IMG/VR virus record: IMGVR_UViG_3300035211_000056
Coordinates: 1 to 59,880 of that record
DNA length: 59,880 nucleotides
Origin: a virus
Lineage: Duplodnaviria; Caudoviricetes
Strand: one strand, 5' to 3'
Positions within the stretch are counted from its first letter, which is position 1; every line of letters starts with the position of its first letter. Positions 38,554 to 48,359 of the stretch are shown one piece after another. Below the pieces are notes generated by a model, which saw only the letters and a program-made list of their open reading frames with translations, searched no databases and was not told the DNA's origin. The translations under genes and the position numbers were made by a program.

Positions 38554-39230
38554 CAATGATAAAAGAAGCACTTGAAGAAATAAGAAATACTAATTTTGAA
38601 AGAAGTTTAGATGCTCCTGTTGACGTTGACAGAATTGAAGGTCTTAAAAAAGTTTTAAATTTATGTGACTTATCCGTGATCGAAGTTGGATCTCTCGACG
38701 GTTATCACACAGTACAGCTTGCTAAAACAGTATGTAACCTAACAACAAGCGATATAAGACCGGATAATTTAAAGAAAACACTTTATCGTTGTCTTTATGA
38801 AGATATTAAATATATAAAATTTAGATTATTAGATGTTGAAGATATGCATAATAAAATTGAAGAAGACGAATTTGATTTACTTTTTTGCTCAGGTCTTATC
38901 TATCATTTACATCACCCTGAAGAATTTATCTATAATATAAAACATCTTTTTAAATACATATTACTTGAAGGGCATATTGCTAATCCTGTTAAATATGGCC
39001 CATTACATAATATGATATTTATGGGACGTGAATTAGTATATACAGAATATTCAGAGGTAGGATTTGCAGACCCTCAATCATCAAAAGACAATAAAAAGTC
39101 AAAATGGTTTACAGAAGAATCATGGTTTAAAATATTTGATATATGTAAATTAAATTTAAGAAATATAATTTACAATGACATAGCTAACGAACACGGACGA
39201 CGAGTTTGTTATTTGCTGGAACGTAATTAA
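38550..39230 (+). CDS. Class I SAM methyltransferase (CmoB/DUF1698-like)
   Basis: VIEVGSLDG, D.R and FD...C.GL.YHL..P motifs. Confidence 0.8.
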   Translation: MTMIKEALEEIRNTNFERSLDAPVDVDRIEGLKKVLNLCDLSVIEVGSLDGYHTVQLAKTVCNLTTSDIRPDNLKKTLYRCLYEDIKYIKFRLLDVEDMHNKIEEDEFDLLFCSGLIYHLHHPEEFIYNIKHLFKYILLEGHIANPVKYGPLHNMIFMGRELVYTEYSEVGFADPQSSKDNKKSKWFTEESWFKIFDICKLNLRNIIYNDIANEHGRRVCYLLERN

Positions 39231-39251
39231 TTTATTGGAGAAAATGAATAT

Positions 39252-41180
39252 ATGAAATTTAGCTATATAGTTCCTACTTACAGGCAAGTAGAATTAAACG
39301 AAACATGCTTAAAATCTTTAAGAGAATTTCACCCTCATTCTGATGTAATATTAGTTTCTGACGGTGACAATAAAAACACACAATTAAAATTAAAAAAGAT
39401 ATGTGATAAATATGGTGCAAAATTATTATGTTCTTTTTGGAATAATTATTTTGCACATTCTGTAAATAGAGGTATGGACGCTGCCGTTGATTCTGATGTT
39501 GTTGTCTTATGTAATAACGATATTATTTTTACTCAAAACATTGAAGAAGAAACACAAAACATATTTGAAAATGACCCGTTAATCGGAGTTGTCGGATATT
39601 TATTGTATTACCCAAACGGCAGAATACAGCACGGCGGTATGAAGCGATTAACGCATACTCATTTATTTGCACATCACGATCACGGAAGCCAGGTAAACGA
39701 AGCTGATAAATCATTGATATCAAGATACTCAATAGGTTGCACAGGAGCATTGTTGTCTATACGCAGGGATTTAATTAACGAAATAGGAGTTATGAAAACT
39801 GGTGGCGGTATAGCAAATGAAGACACTGAATTTTGTTTAAGAACCTGGCATTGTGGATATAGAATATATTATACCGCAGATGTTTCAGCAATACATGCAG
39901 AAGGATATACAAGAGGACGTACACCTACAGAGAAAAAGAAAACAGGACTAGATCAGGCAGAAATACTTTCAGGGCAACAATTAAAAGAAGATTGCAAAAG
40001 ATTTGATATTGATAATATCGAAAAAAGGATTTCTGAACTTAATGGTGATGAATACACGAAACATGAATCTGATATTAATTTTAAAAAGAAAAGAATAGGA
40101 CTGACAAGAACTAACGCACTAGGAGATTGTATTTGTCTTACCGGGATAATAAACAAATTAAAAACCGATAATCCTAATTCAGAAATATATGTTGCTACAA
40201 AAGAGCCGTGGCCATTTGAAAACAATCCTACTATAAAAGGAATAGTTGACGATAAAAAATATATAAAAAACCACGCTGATGAAATAATTGATCTTGATTT
40301 GTGTTATGAAAAAGAACCGCATAAACCTATTTGGAAATCATATGCCGATAAAGTTTTTGGTGAAAATAACTATAATGAATTTGATATTAAACCATATCTT
40401 TTTACTGAACGTAAAGACAGGATGAGTTTATTAATTAAACTTAAAAAAGAAAAGGCTTTTATCGGAAGCAATTATGTTGTTATACATGCTGGCGGTAATA
40501 CTTGGGAAGAGAGAATTATTGATAAAGATATATGGACAGAGGTTTTTGATTATCTTATCGTAGAAAAAAAATACAAAGTCGTTGTAGTAGGAAAAAAAGG
40601 AGATTTAGAATATCAATCTTTTTTATTTGCTAAAGAAAAAACACAACAAGGATTTAATCTTATAGATAAATTAACGCTTACAGAAATACATCAGTTAATA
40701 ATTAATGCTGAAATGTTTATCGGTATTGATTCAGGTATTTTACACATAGCACAATGCACGAATACAAAACTAATAGGTATATTTACTGTTGCTGATCCAA
40801 CAAAGAGAATACATCGTCAACATTTTACAAAAGTTGTTGAGCCGGTATCAGAATGTAAATACTGCTTAACATACAAGATCAAACCTCCAGTTACAACAAT
40901 GAAATGTGAGACAGGAAACATGGAATGTAAAAAAAGCATAACGGCTGATATGATTATCGAAGCTGTGAAAAGTTTTGATATTGAAGATAATAACGCTGAT
41001 GGTTTTGCTATACCTAAAGAGTTATATAAAGAACTCATGGGAAACAAATATTTAGTTGGATATTCACCAGATGATTCAATAAAACTAGATACAGAATATT
41101 TTTATCCGACTAACACACCAGAAGAAAGAGAACAAGCATACAAAGAAATAATAGAAAATGATAAAAACAACAAGGAATAA
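39252..41180 (+). CDS. GT2 plus GT9 (heptosyltransferase-like) glycosyltransferase fusion
   Basis: GT2: IVPTY, FA..VNRG, NND, EDTEFCLR. GT9: ALGD, IHAG, FIGIDSG.LH.A, CxxC. Confidence 0.85.
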   Translation: MKFSYIVPTYRQVELNETCLKSLREFHPHSDVILVSDGDNKNTQLKLKKICDKYGAKLLCSFWNNYFAHSVNRGMDAAVDSDVVVLCNNDIIFTQNIEEETQNIFENDPLIGVVGYLLYYPNGRIQHGGMKRLTHTHLFAHHDHGSQVNEADKSLISRYSIGCTGALLSIRRDLINEIGVMKTGGGIANEDTEFCLRTWHCGYRIYYTADVSAIHAEGYTRGRTPTEKKKTGLDQAEILSGQQLKEDCKRFDIDNIEKRISELNGDEYTKHESDINFKKKRIGLTRTNALGDCICLTGIINKLKTDNPNSEIYVATKEPWPFENNPTIKGIVDDKKYIKNHADEIIDLDLCYEKEPHKPIWKSYADKVFGENNYNEFDIKPYLFTERKDRMSLLIKLKKEKAFIGSNYVVIHAGGNTWEERIIDKDIWTEVFDYLIVEKKYKVVVVGKKGDLEYQSFLFAKEKTQQGFNLIDKLTLTEIHQLIINAEMFIGIDSGILHIAQCTNTKLIGIFTVADPTKRIHRQHFTKVVEPVSECKYCLTYKIKPPVTTMKCETGNMECKKSITADMIIEAVKSFDIEDNNADGFAIPKELYKELMGNKYLVGYSPDDSIKLDTEYFYPTNTPEEREQAYKEIIENDKNNKE

Positions 41181-41184
41181 AATA

Positions 41185-41352
41185 ATGAATGATGATAAAA
41201 TAATTTACGATATAACAGTATTTAAAGACAGTTCTGTTATAAACAAATATGTTGCTAATAGTAAAGAAGAAATACTAAAAGAAATGAAAAAAGTTATAGA
41301 AGAAAACAAAGAATTTGATGAAATCTTAATTTTTGAATTAATAATGGACTAA
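41185..41352 (+). CDS. Small hypothetical protein
   Basis: ORF within the operon. Confidence 0.4.
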   Translation: MNDDKIIYDITVFKDSSVINKYVANSKEEILKEMKKVIEENKEFDEILIFELIMD

Positions 41353-41363
41353 GGAGTTGATTA

Positions 41364-41954
41364 ATGGCTTGGAAACTACAATTTGACCAAAAGATTCAAG
41401 AATATTTTTTGCACGGCAAGGATAATTTACGACGTCTTGAACTCCATCACACAATAATTGAAGAAGCTACAAACAAAAAAGATGTTGTAAATTTACAAGT
41501 CGGTGTTGCTCATAACGTAGATCACAAATATGGTGCGAACTGGTTGTCTATTGACTTATATGACAAACGTCCTTGTATTGATTACAATATGGATTTATCA
41601 AATCTTAAATTTCCGAGTGATATGTTTAATCTAATAATTTGTAACGCTGTACTAGAACATTGTAAAAATCCTTTTTTATGTGCATCTGAATTATACAGAG
41701 TATGCAAACCAGGCGGTAAGATATGGGTTGAAGTTCCGTATGTGCAATATTATCATCCGTTCAAAAACTATAACGAAGAAAGGGACGGCATATTGTGCGA
41801 TTTGCAAAGCGATTTAAAAGACGACCAGGAACACGGCGGTCATTACTTTAATTTCACCCCTCAAGGGATTACAGAAGTTATGAAACCATTTAAAATGGAA
41901 GAAATATTATTGATTAACGAGGGTGGAATAGCTTATTTAGGAGTTAAGGAATGA
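41364..41954 (+). CDS. Methyltransferase (type 11-like)
   Basis: C.AVLEH..NP and E.YRV.KPGG.I..EVP motifs. Confidence 0.8.
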   Translation: MAWKLQFDQKIQEYFLHGKDNLRRLELHHTIIEEATNKKDVVNLQVGVAHNVDHKYGANWLSIDLYDKRPCIDYNMDLSNLKFPSDMFNLIICNAVLEHCKNPFLCASELYRVCKPGGKIWVEVPYVQYYHPFKNYNEERDGILCDLQSDLKDDQEHGGHYFNFTPQGITEVMKPFKMEEILLINEGGIAYLGVKE

Positions 41955-42472
41955 ATAACAAACCACAAAATTTCAAATCAGAATGTGCAAAACTAAGACC
42001 TTACTTAGAGAAATATTGTCAGGGATGCGGACTTGATTTAGGTAGCGGAGGCGATAAGATTACTCCATCTGCAATTTCAGTTGATTTAGTCGATCCTTAT
42101 GCTGATGTTGGTAGTTATCCAGTGCAATTAAAAGGTGATGCAAGATATTTAATATGGTTTAAATCAAATACTCTTGATTACGTTCATTCGAGCCATTTGT
42201 TAGAAGATTTCCCGAACACAATAGAGATAATGATCGAATGGTCAAGAGTCCTAAAACAAGGCGGTTATCTAGTTTTAAATTTACCTCACGAGATAAAATA
42301 TCGTGAACATTGTAAAAAGACAGGACAGCCCTACAACCAACATCATACAATACTTGAAATGAGTGCAGATTATATTAAAAAATGTGCTGAACAAATACCG
42401 AATTTAAAATTTATATATAACACAAAAGTTTTATATGATTATAGTTTTGGTATTGTTTTTGAGAAGGTATAA
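41951..42472 (+). CDS. Methyltransferase (type 11-like)
   Basis: GLDLGSG, DYVHSSHLLED and EW.RVLK.GG.L.L.LP motifs. Confidence 0.85.
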   Translation: MNNKPQNFKSECAKLRPYLEKYCQGCGLDLGSGGDKITPSAISVDLVDPYADVGSYPVQLKGDARYLIWFKSNTLDYVHSSHLLEDFPNTIEIMIEWSRVLKQGGYLVLNLPHEIKYREHCKKTGQPYNQHHTILEMSADYIKKCAEQIPNLKFIYNTKVLYDYSFGIVFEKV

Positions 42473-42943
42473 ATGAAAGTACACGCAGGTAGCATTATTT
42501 TTGTAACTAGATATAATAATGACACAGGAGAATTAGAAGAAAGTACTACGATGTGCGGAAAAAGATATTTAGACGTATTGAAAGATAAAGAATTCATACA
42601 GGATGTTGCATCACCTAATTTATTGGAAAAAGTCACATGTAAAGAATGTTTAAGAATACTAAAAAAGGAGAAAAAAATGATTAAATTAGGACAAACTGTC
42701 AAAGAAGTAGTTACAGGAATTAAAGGTATAGCAATGGCAAGAACTCAGTATTATACAGGTTGTTCTCATATAGGTATATGTCCTAGAGAGCCAGTGAAAA
42801 AAGATGGTAAAATAGAAATTCCAGATTGGGTATGGGTTGATGAAACACGCTGTATTATTATAGATGAAAACATATTGCAACTAGGACAACCTGAAATAAA
42901 AGATTCCGTAAGTGGAAGTTTTCCGCACGCACCGAGTAATTAA
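42473..42943 (+). CDS. Hypothetical protein, possibly with an internal start at 42677
   Basis: Internal SD AAGGAG before MIKLGQTVKEVVTGIKG..R..Y.TGC. Confidence 0.5.
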   Translation: MKVHAGSIIFVTRYNNDTGELEESTTMCGKRYLDVLKDKEFIQDVASPNLLEKVTCKECLRILKKEKKMIKLGQTVKEVVTGIKGIAMARTQYYTGCSHIGICPREPVKKDGKIEIPDWVWVDETRCIIIDENILQLGQPEIKDSVSGSFPHAPSN

Positions 42944-43762
42944 ATGAAAATGTCACAGCGTATAAAAAAATCTGTTCAGGTTCAGGAAGAAAAGAACAAA
43001 GATAATAATACAGTTTTTTATGACATAAAAGGATATGAAGGTTATTATAAAATAAATAAAAAAGGTGATGTTATTTCATTGCCAAGACAAGGAGTGAAGG
43101 AAGTAAAAACAAAAAAAACAATACTTAGCAAAGATGGATATTTAAAAATATCTTTGAACAAAAAAAGAAAAAAAAGATATACATCAGTACATAGAATTTT
43201 AGCAGAAACATTTATACCAAAACCTTATGACAATGATAAATTACAGGTTAATCATAAAAACGGAATAAAACTAGACAACAGATTAGAAAATTTAGAATGG
43301 GTAACACAGAGTCAAAATGCTCAACATTCTTTTGATAATGGTTTACAAATACCACTAAAAGGAGAAAAAAATCCAGCTAGCAAATTAACCAAAGAAAAAG
43401 TTAGAGAAATTATTTTATTAATAAACAACAAAGAAAAAACAGATAAAGAAATAGCTGAAATATATAATGTTTCAAGAAATGTTATAACAAGCATAGCACA
43501 AAATAGAACATGGAAAGAAATAAAAAGAGAAAAAAGAGAATCAAAAACTTTTTATAATAAAGAATTCCAAAAAGAATTAGCGATAAAAAGAAAAAATAAT
43601 GGTTCTACAAAAGGTTCAAAAAATTATAGATATATAAACTTAGACATAAATAAAATAATAGAATTAAGAAAACAAAAATATAGTCATAGAAAAATAGCTG
43701 ATATTTTTAATTGTTCATTTACTGTTATAAGGAATAGATTAAAAGAGGTTGGTTTAAAATGA
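42944..43762 (+). CDS. NUMOD4-HNH homing endonuclease
   Basis: GYEG.Y.I...G.V.S, VHR..A.TF and VNHKNG.K.DN..ENLEW motifs; HTH tails. Confidence 0.9.
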   Translation: MKMSQRIKKSVQVQEEKNKDNNTVFYDIKGYEGYYKINKKGDVISLPRQGVKEVKTKKTILSKDGYLKISLNKKRKKRYTSVHRILAETFIPKPYDNDKLQVNHKNGIKLDNRLENLEWVTQSQNAQHSFDNGLQIPLKGEKNPASKLTKEKVREIILLINNKEKTDKEIAEIYNVSRNVITSIAQNRTWKEIKREKRESKTFYNKEFQKELAIKRKNNGSTKGSKNYRYINLDINKIIELRKQKYSHRKIADIFNCSFTVIRNRLKEVGLK

Positions 43763-44412
43763 TAATTATTTGTGGCTTGCCACGAACTGCCAGCTCGTTC
43801 CTATGCCAATGGTTTAAAACCGAAGGGTCACAAATGACTCCGAAATGCTATTCGGATCATTTACCGACTGATTATACGCAACAAAAAAATATTAAATATC
43901 AATTATGCGAACCGCTTAGATTAACTCACGAAATGACATTTAACAGAAATTACGTACACGATCAGATAATTGAAGAAATTAATTTTATAGAAAAACACAA
44001 TGTAAAGTTAGCAGAAGGAAAAGAACAGATATTAAAACTGGCCCCTATGGTTTTTTATAAATACTGTCTGCATAGATTCGATACTGTAATAATATGTATA
44101 CGTGATCAAGAATCATGGATTCAATCAGCAAAGAATCATGGTACATTTAATTGGATTTATAAAGTAAAGCCTAACTGGATACCGGATAATATTTATTTTC
44201 GTATTATAAATTCGATTAATCCAGAACTATTATTTTATGAATATTGGCGTCACGAGAGTAAAAAAACATTAAGTTATTGCGTTAGAAATAAAATTAATTG
44301 TCTTATTTATAGATACTCAGACGATGAATCATTTGCAGAACTGCATAAGTTTTTTGGGCTTGAACCTAAGAAGCATGAAGATTACAGTTATTGGTTAAGT
44401 AGGCGGTTTTGA
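43759..44412 (+). CDS. Sulfotransferase-fold protein
   Basis: 5'-PSB-like GLPRTASS and 3'-PB-like IRD..SWI.S motifs. Confidence 0.7.
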   Translation: MIIICGLPRTASSFLCQWFKTEGSQMTPKCYSDHLPTDYTQQKNIKYQLCEPLRLTHEMTFNRNYVHDQIIEEINFIEKHNVKLAEGKEQILKLAPMVFYKYCLHRFDTVIICIRDQESWIQSAKNHGTFNWIYKVKPNWIPDNIYFRIINSINPELLFYEYWRHESKKTLSYCVRNKINCLIYRYSDDESFAELHKFFGLEPKKHEDYSYWLSRRF

Positions 44413-45329
44413 TTATGGCAAAATGCTATTTCTTCACAGGCTTATCAGGTTCAGGAAAAACAACTCTTGCAAGAGAATTAAACAACCGTATACATGCTGT
44501 TTGGTTAGATGGTGACGACATAAGAAACACCCCTATCGTTGAAAATCCGCAAGATTTCAGTTTTGAAGCCAGAGCAAAACATATCAGGCGATTAGGTTAT
44601 ATTGCCAAAATGTTTATTGACCAGAATATAAATGTAATTATAAGTTGTATAGCTCCTGACCGTTCAGTCAGAAACGAAGTAAGAGGATATTTTAAGGCTG
44701 ATGAATTTGTCGAAATATATGTAAAAACACCGCTTGAAATATGCGAACAAAGAGACTGTAAGGGATTATATAAGCGTGCCAGAAACGGAGAAATACAAGA
44801 TTTTACAGGTATTGGATCAAGATATGAGGAGCCTTTGAATCCTGAATTTGTTGTTGATTATGAAAAGTTAGAAAAAGGATCAACGATAGGAAGATTACCG
44901 CTTGTTATAGCTAGTCAGTTTATAAACGTAATACCAAGACCTATTTGTTTCCTTATCGGACGTTTTCAACCTCTAACACTAGGTCATATTGAATTAATAA
45001 ACAAAGCACTAGAAACTTATCATGTGATAATAGGTGTTAAATTTACAACAATAAATATGAATAATCCTTTTACACCAAATCAAATAAAAAAACTTATACG
45101 TTCAGTATATCCAGATATTGAAATTCAAGTAATACCAGATTTTGATTTCATCGGTCATGGACGTAATACAGGCTATTCAATGAAAATGATTGATGTTGAT
45201 AATTACATTAAAAATATTTCTGCAACGCATGTAAGAAATTTAATAAGAGAGAATAATCGTTATTGGAAATTATATGTGCCAGAACAAGCTATACCTATTA
45301 TGGAGGAGGTAATTAAATGCAAGAAATGA
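44409..45329 (+). CDS. cysC: APS kinase fused to a HIGH-family nucleotidyltransferase
   Basis: TGLSGSGKTT, LDGD.IR, RD.KGLY.RA and FTGI...YE.P motifs; C-terminal GRFQPLTLGH and ISAT.VR. Confidence 0.9.
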   Translation: MIMAKCYFFTGLSGSGKTTLARELNNRIHAVWLDGDDIRNTPIVENPQDFSFEARAKHIRRLGYIAKMFIDQNINVIISCIAPDRSVRNEVRGYFKADEFVEIYVKTPLEICEQRDCKGLYKRARNGEIQDFTGIGSRYEEPLNPEFVVDYEKLEKGSTIGRLPLVIASQFINVIPRPICFLIGRFQPLTLGHIELINKALETYHVIIGVKFTTINMNNPFTPNQIKKLIRSVYPDIEIQVIPDFDFIGHGRNTGYSMKMIDVDNYIKNISATHVRNLIRENNRYWKLYVPEQAIPIMEEVIKCKK

Positions 45330-45479
45330 TAAAACAATCTTTTTTGTGTGTATGTTTAATATGCGGTGTCTTTTTTTTGGTTAAGTCAAATTGCGAAATT
45401 AGTATTAAATACATAATCGGATTAATTTTTTTATCGATATACGCAAATATAACATATATGAGAGGTAATTAAATGCAAG
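45306..45479 (+). repeat. 18-bp direct repeat GAGGTAATTAAATGCAAG flanking a 51-aa membrane ORF (45317-45472)
   Basis: Copies at 45306-45323 and 45462-45479. Confidence 0.8.
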
Positions 45480-46192
45480 TAGTAGCCAGCACCAGACCCA
45501 ACCGACCTTATCTTAAAAACGCTGATATTATCAGAGTAAATGGAGCTTATATATTTTCTGATGAGTTAATTAAAATGTGCGAGATGTACAGAGACAAACC
45601 TTTATTTGTTGACATACCTACAAAAAGAGAAAAAGTTAATATATCAAATATTAACGTAGCTGATGTTATTTCTATATTAAAAACAAAACATGAATTAAAT
45701 CCAGAGATAAAAGATATAATAGCTTTTTCAAAAGTAGAAACTCATGTTGAATTATTATTAGGTAGTCACTTTCTTGCATGTGCAAAAATAGAATCAATAT
45801 CAGGTGTATTTGGTATGCATGCAATAGCAAAAGAGGCTGACATTATTTGCATTGACAGAATAGATCTTATGAATGAAATAAAAGACATCAAATCATATTT
45901 CGCTTATGAAGATGCAATAATAAATATCGCTCAACAACACAACAAACAAGTTTTTATAGCAAGCGATATTTTACCAACAATGATAAAAGAAAAAAACATA
46001 ACATTCCCTGAAATGACACAGCTTAAATATTACAGAGATAAAAACATAGACGCTGTAATACTTGCAGAAGAAACGGCAGTCGGTTTTTATCCTTATCACA
46101 CAATTGATATTGTAAAAAAGATTGTTAAGAAGAAATTAAAGGTACATTTTTCAACAAAAATGACGGAGGTAAGTAATGGCCAAAAAGTATAG
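45473..46192 (+). CDS. Minimal pyruvate-kinase-like barrel
   Basis: R.N, S.V, AKIES..G, D.I.IDR.DL, A...L.TM and D.V.L..ETAVG.YP motifs; lacks the lid and C-terminal domains. Confidence 0.75.
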   Translation: MQVVASTRPNRPYLKNADIIRVNGAYIFSDELIKMCEMYRDKPLFVDIPTKREKVNISNINVADVISILKTKHELNPEIKDIIAFSKVETHVELLLGSHFLACAKIESISGVFGMHAIAKEADIICIDRIDLMNEIKDIKSYFAYEDAIINIAQQHNKQVFIASDILPTMIKEKNITFPEMTQLKYYRDKNIDAVILAEETAVGFYPYHTIDIVKKIVKKKLKVHFSTKMTEVSNGQKV

Positions 46193-46424
46193 GAAAAAAC
46201 CTGTAGTAATTGAGGCTATAATTGCAGAAAGTGCAAAAACTAATCCTAATAATGTAATTCTCTGGGTTCCAAATGCTTGTCGCAAAGGAAGTGATATTTA
46301 TATTAAAACCCTAGAAGGTGAAATGTCAGTTAATGAAGGTGATTACGTTATTAAAGGTGTTAATGGGGAATTTTATCCTTGTAAACCTGATATTTTTAAA
46401 AAGACTTACGAAGAAGTGATTTAA
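46176..46424 (+). CDS. PGDYG-like small phage protein
   Basis: KYRKKPVVIEA..TLEG....GDY.IKG..GEFYPCKPDIF..TYE. Confidence 0.75.
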   Translation: MAKKYRKKPVVIEAIIAESAKTNPNNVILWVPNACRKGSDIYIKTLEGEMSVNEGDYVIKGVNGEFYPCKPDIFKKTYEEVI

Positions 46425-46439
46425 TATAGGAGGTAAACA

Positions 46440-46667
46440 ATGTCATTATTTGACAGTAAAACAAACGATGAAAAAATATGCTACATTTACGATATAGATA
46501 CAGAAATGTTGCACGAATTAGCCGAAGTAAATGACTACTGGGAAAAAGCTTTAAAGTTTTTTATTGATGTAAAAGATAAAACTATTGATGAATTAACCTC
46601 TAGTCAAGTTGACTGGCTAGACCGTATATCAAACGAATATGTAAAACAATGGGAGAGGCTTTGTTAA
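46440..46667 (+). CDS. Hypothetical protein
   Basis: SD GGAGGT; WE..F...LT..Q..WL.RI pattern. Confidence 0.55.
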   Translation: MSLFDSKTNDEKICYIYDIDTEMLHELAEVNDYWEKALKFFIDVKDKTIDELTSSQVDWLDRISNEYVKQWERLC

Positions 46668-46668
46668 T

Positions 46669-47193
46669 ATGGCACACGCTGAACAAAGACAATTCTGCGA
46701 ATACGTAAAAAATAAATTTCCTATTTATTTTAAAAATAAGTTAGTGCTAGATTGCGGATCTCTTGATATTAACGGAAATAATAGATATTTATTTACAAAA
46801 TGTGATTATATCGGTGTTGATGTTATCGCAGGAAAAAACGTAGACGTAATATCTCCGGTGCATCAATTAACATACTGCCCTGAAATTTTTGATGTTATTA
46901 TATCAACAGAAATGCTTGAGCATGATAAATACTATCAATTAAGCTTGAAAAAAATGATTGGATTATTATTCCCTGGCGGTTTATTATTTTTTACTTGTGC
47001 AACAGAAGGAAGACAAGAACACGGAACAACTGACAAACACCCTGCTTGCTCTCCTGGTACATTGGATTATTACAAAAACATAACTGAACAAGATATTAGA
47101 TTTTGTCTTAATATAGATAAAATCTTCAAGGAATACGAGTTTAAGCTTAATACAGACACACACGATCTTTATTTCTGGGGGATCAAGAAATGA
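46669..47193 (+). CDS. Methyltransferase (type 11-like)
   Basis: [17 protein letters not shown] and [13 protein letters not shown] motifs. Confidence 0.85.
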   Translation: MAHAEQRQFCEYVKNKFPIYFKNKLVLDCGSLDINGNNRYLFTKCDYIGVDVIAGKNVDVISPVHQLTYCPEIFDVIISTEMLEHDKYYQLSLKKMIGLLFPGGLLFFTCATEGRQEHGTTDKHPACSPGTLDYYKNITEQDIRFCLNIDKIFKEYEFKLNTDTHDLYFWGIKK

Positions 47194-47426
47194 TAGTATA
47201 CAAACCAAAGCCCGGATTTACACATAATCCACTTTTGAATAATATCGGCCGTAACGATGCCTGCCCGTGTGGGTCCGGCAAGAAGTACAAAAAATGCTGC
47301 CTCGGCCTAATGATGCGATATATTCCAGTTTATACAGCCGAAAAGATGAAAGGTAAGCCAATCGAGAAACAGATTGATATCTTTACTGAATATGTCAAGG
47401 ACTTCAATCACGCTAATTCTAAATAA
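47190..47426 (+). CDS. SEC-C motif protein
   Basis: [18 protein letters not shown]. Confidence 0.9.
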   Translation: MIVYKPKPGFTHNPLLNNIGRNDACPCGSGKKYKKCCLGLMMRYIPVYTAEKMKGKPIEKQIDIFTEYVKDFNHANSK

Positions 47427-47434
47427 CAAACTTG

Positions 47435-47463
47435 TTGCATATCTGTTATTCTTGTGTTATAAT
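47435..47463 (+). promoter_or_regulatory. Sigma70-type promoter
   Basis: TTGCAT-17 nt-TATAAT with TG extension. Confidence 0.7.
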
Positions 47464-47492
47464 AGTAAATTACAATAAACAAAAAATCGGGG

Positions 47493-48091
47493 GTGATTGA
47501 AAAAATGAAGATCACAAACCAGATAAGAAAACTATCTAGCGACGAAAGGTTTGCCTGCTTGAATTATGTATATCTTGATATGAAACTTTTTGAAAACAAA
47601 TCAGAGTTTAAAAACTTTTTAAAAAAATTAATAAGGATTTCTTTAAAAAACGATAATTATAATCATCAAAACAACATGGTAGCACGATGTATATATTGCC
47701 TAGCTGTAGTATCTCAATATCCCATGATCCCAAAATTAAGATACAGGAGTTAGACATGAAAAATAACAACTTTGAAGACAACAAAAAAGCAAGAATTATC
47801 GGAGCATTATTTTATTTATTTATTATTATAATGATATTATTTATATTAATAATTAATAATCCAAAAGCACATGCAGAATTCACAGAGGAACAATATCAGT
47901 ATCGTATATTATATAATATTGCTCCGACTATTGATAACCAGGAAAAAAGCCTTTTTGAAAATTGCGAATCGCAGTATCAATATGTGCTGTGTATATCATA
48001 TGACTGGACCGGTGAGATCTGCCGGACAAAGATATATAACGAAAATCTGATATTAACTGAATGTTTGGAGGAAAAAAATAATGAAAACTAA
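47493..48091 (+). CDS. Two hypothetical proteins (47493-47753; membrane-anchored 47756-48091)
   Basis: Follow the promoter; the second has a hydrophobic helix. Confidence 0.5.
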
Positions 48092-48284
48092 ATACATCGA
48101 AACAACACAGCCTCACGTCTATTGTGACAAGAATCTTTATCGGGAATACCGAAACAAGCTTAAAGCTCTTGGGAGAGACCTCATGCAATATAACAGGCTT
48201 GTTTTTGAACGTGCAATAAAAAAAGAATTAGAGGCTCTTAAAAAATTAGATAATAAAACTGAAAAATTAATATCTGAGTTATAA
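48081..48284 (+). CDS. Putative ribbon-helix-helix regulator
   Basis: 67 aa with a strand-helix-helix pattern. Confidence 0.4.
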   Translation: MKTKYIETTQPHVYCDKNLYREYRNKLKALGRDLMQYNRLVFERAIKKELEALKKLDNKTEKLISEL

Positions 48285-48316
48285 AAAATAGGCCCGACTA
48301 GTTGACGGGCCTTATA
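48283..48316. terminator. Intrinsic terminator between convergent operons
   Basis: Stem AGGCCCG/CGGGCCT (48290-48312) with an A-tract on the left. Confidence 0.7.
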
Positions 48317-48359
48317 TAGGTTTATATACGTTTTTGTTTTATTTCTCTATTGAATCAGT

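Noticed and set aside
38550-47193. DNA methyltransferases of restriction-modification type
   Set aside because: No DPPY/NPPY or PCQ motifs; they resemble small-molecule or glycan methyltransferases.
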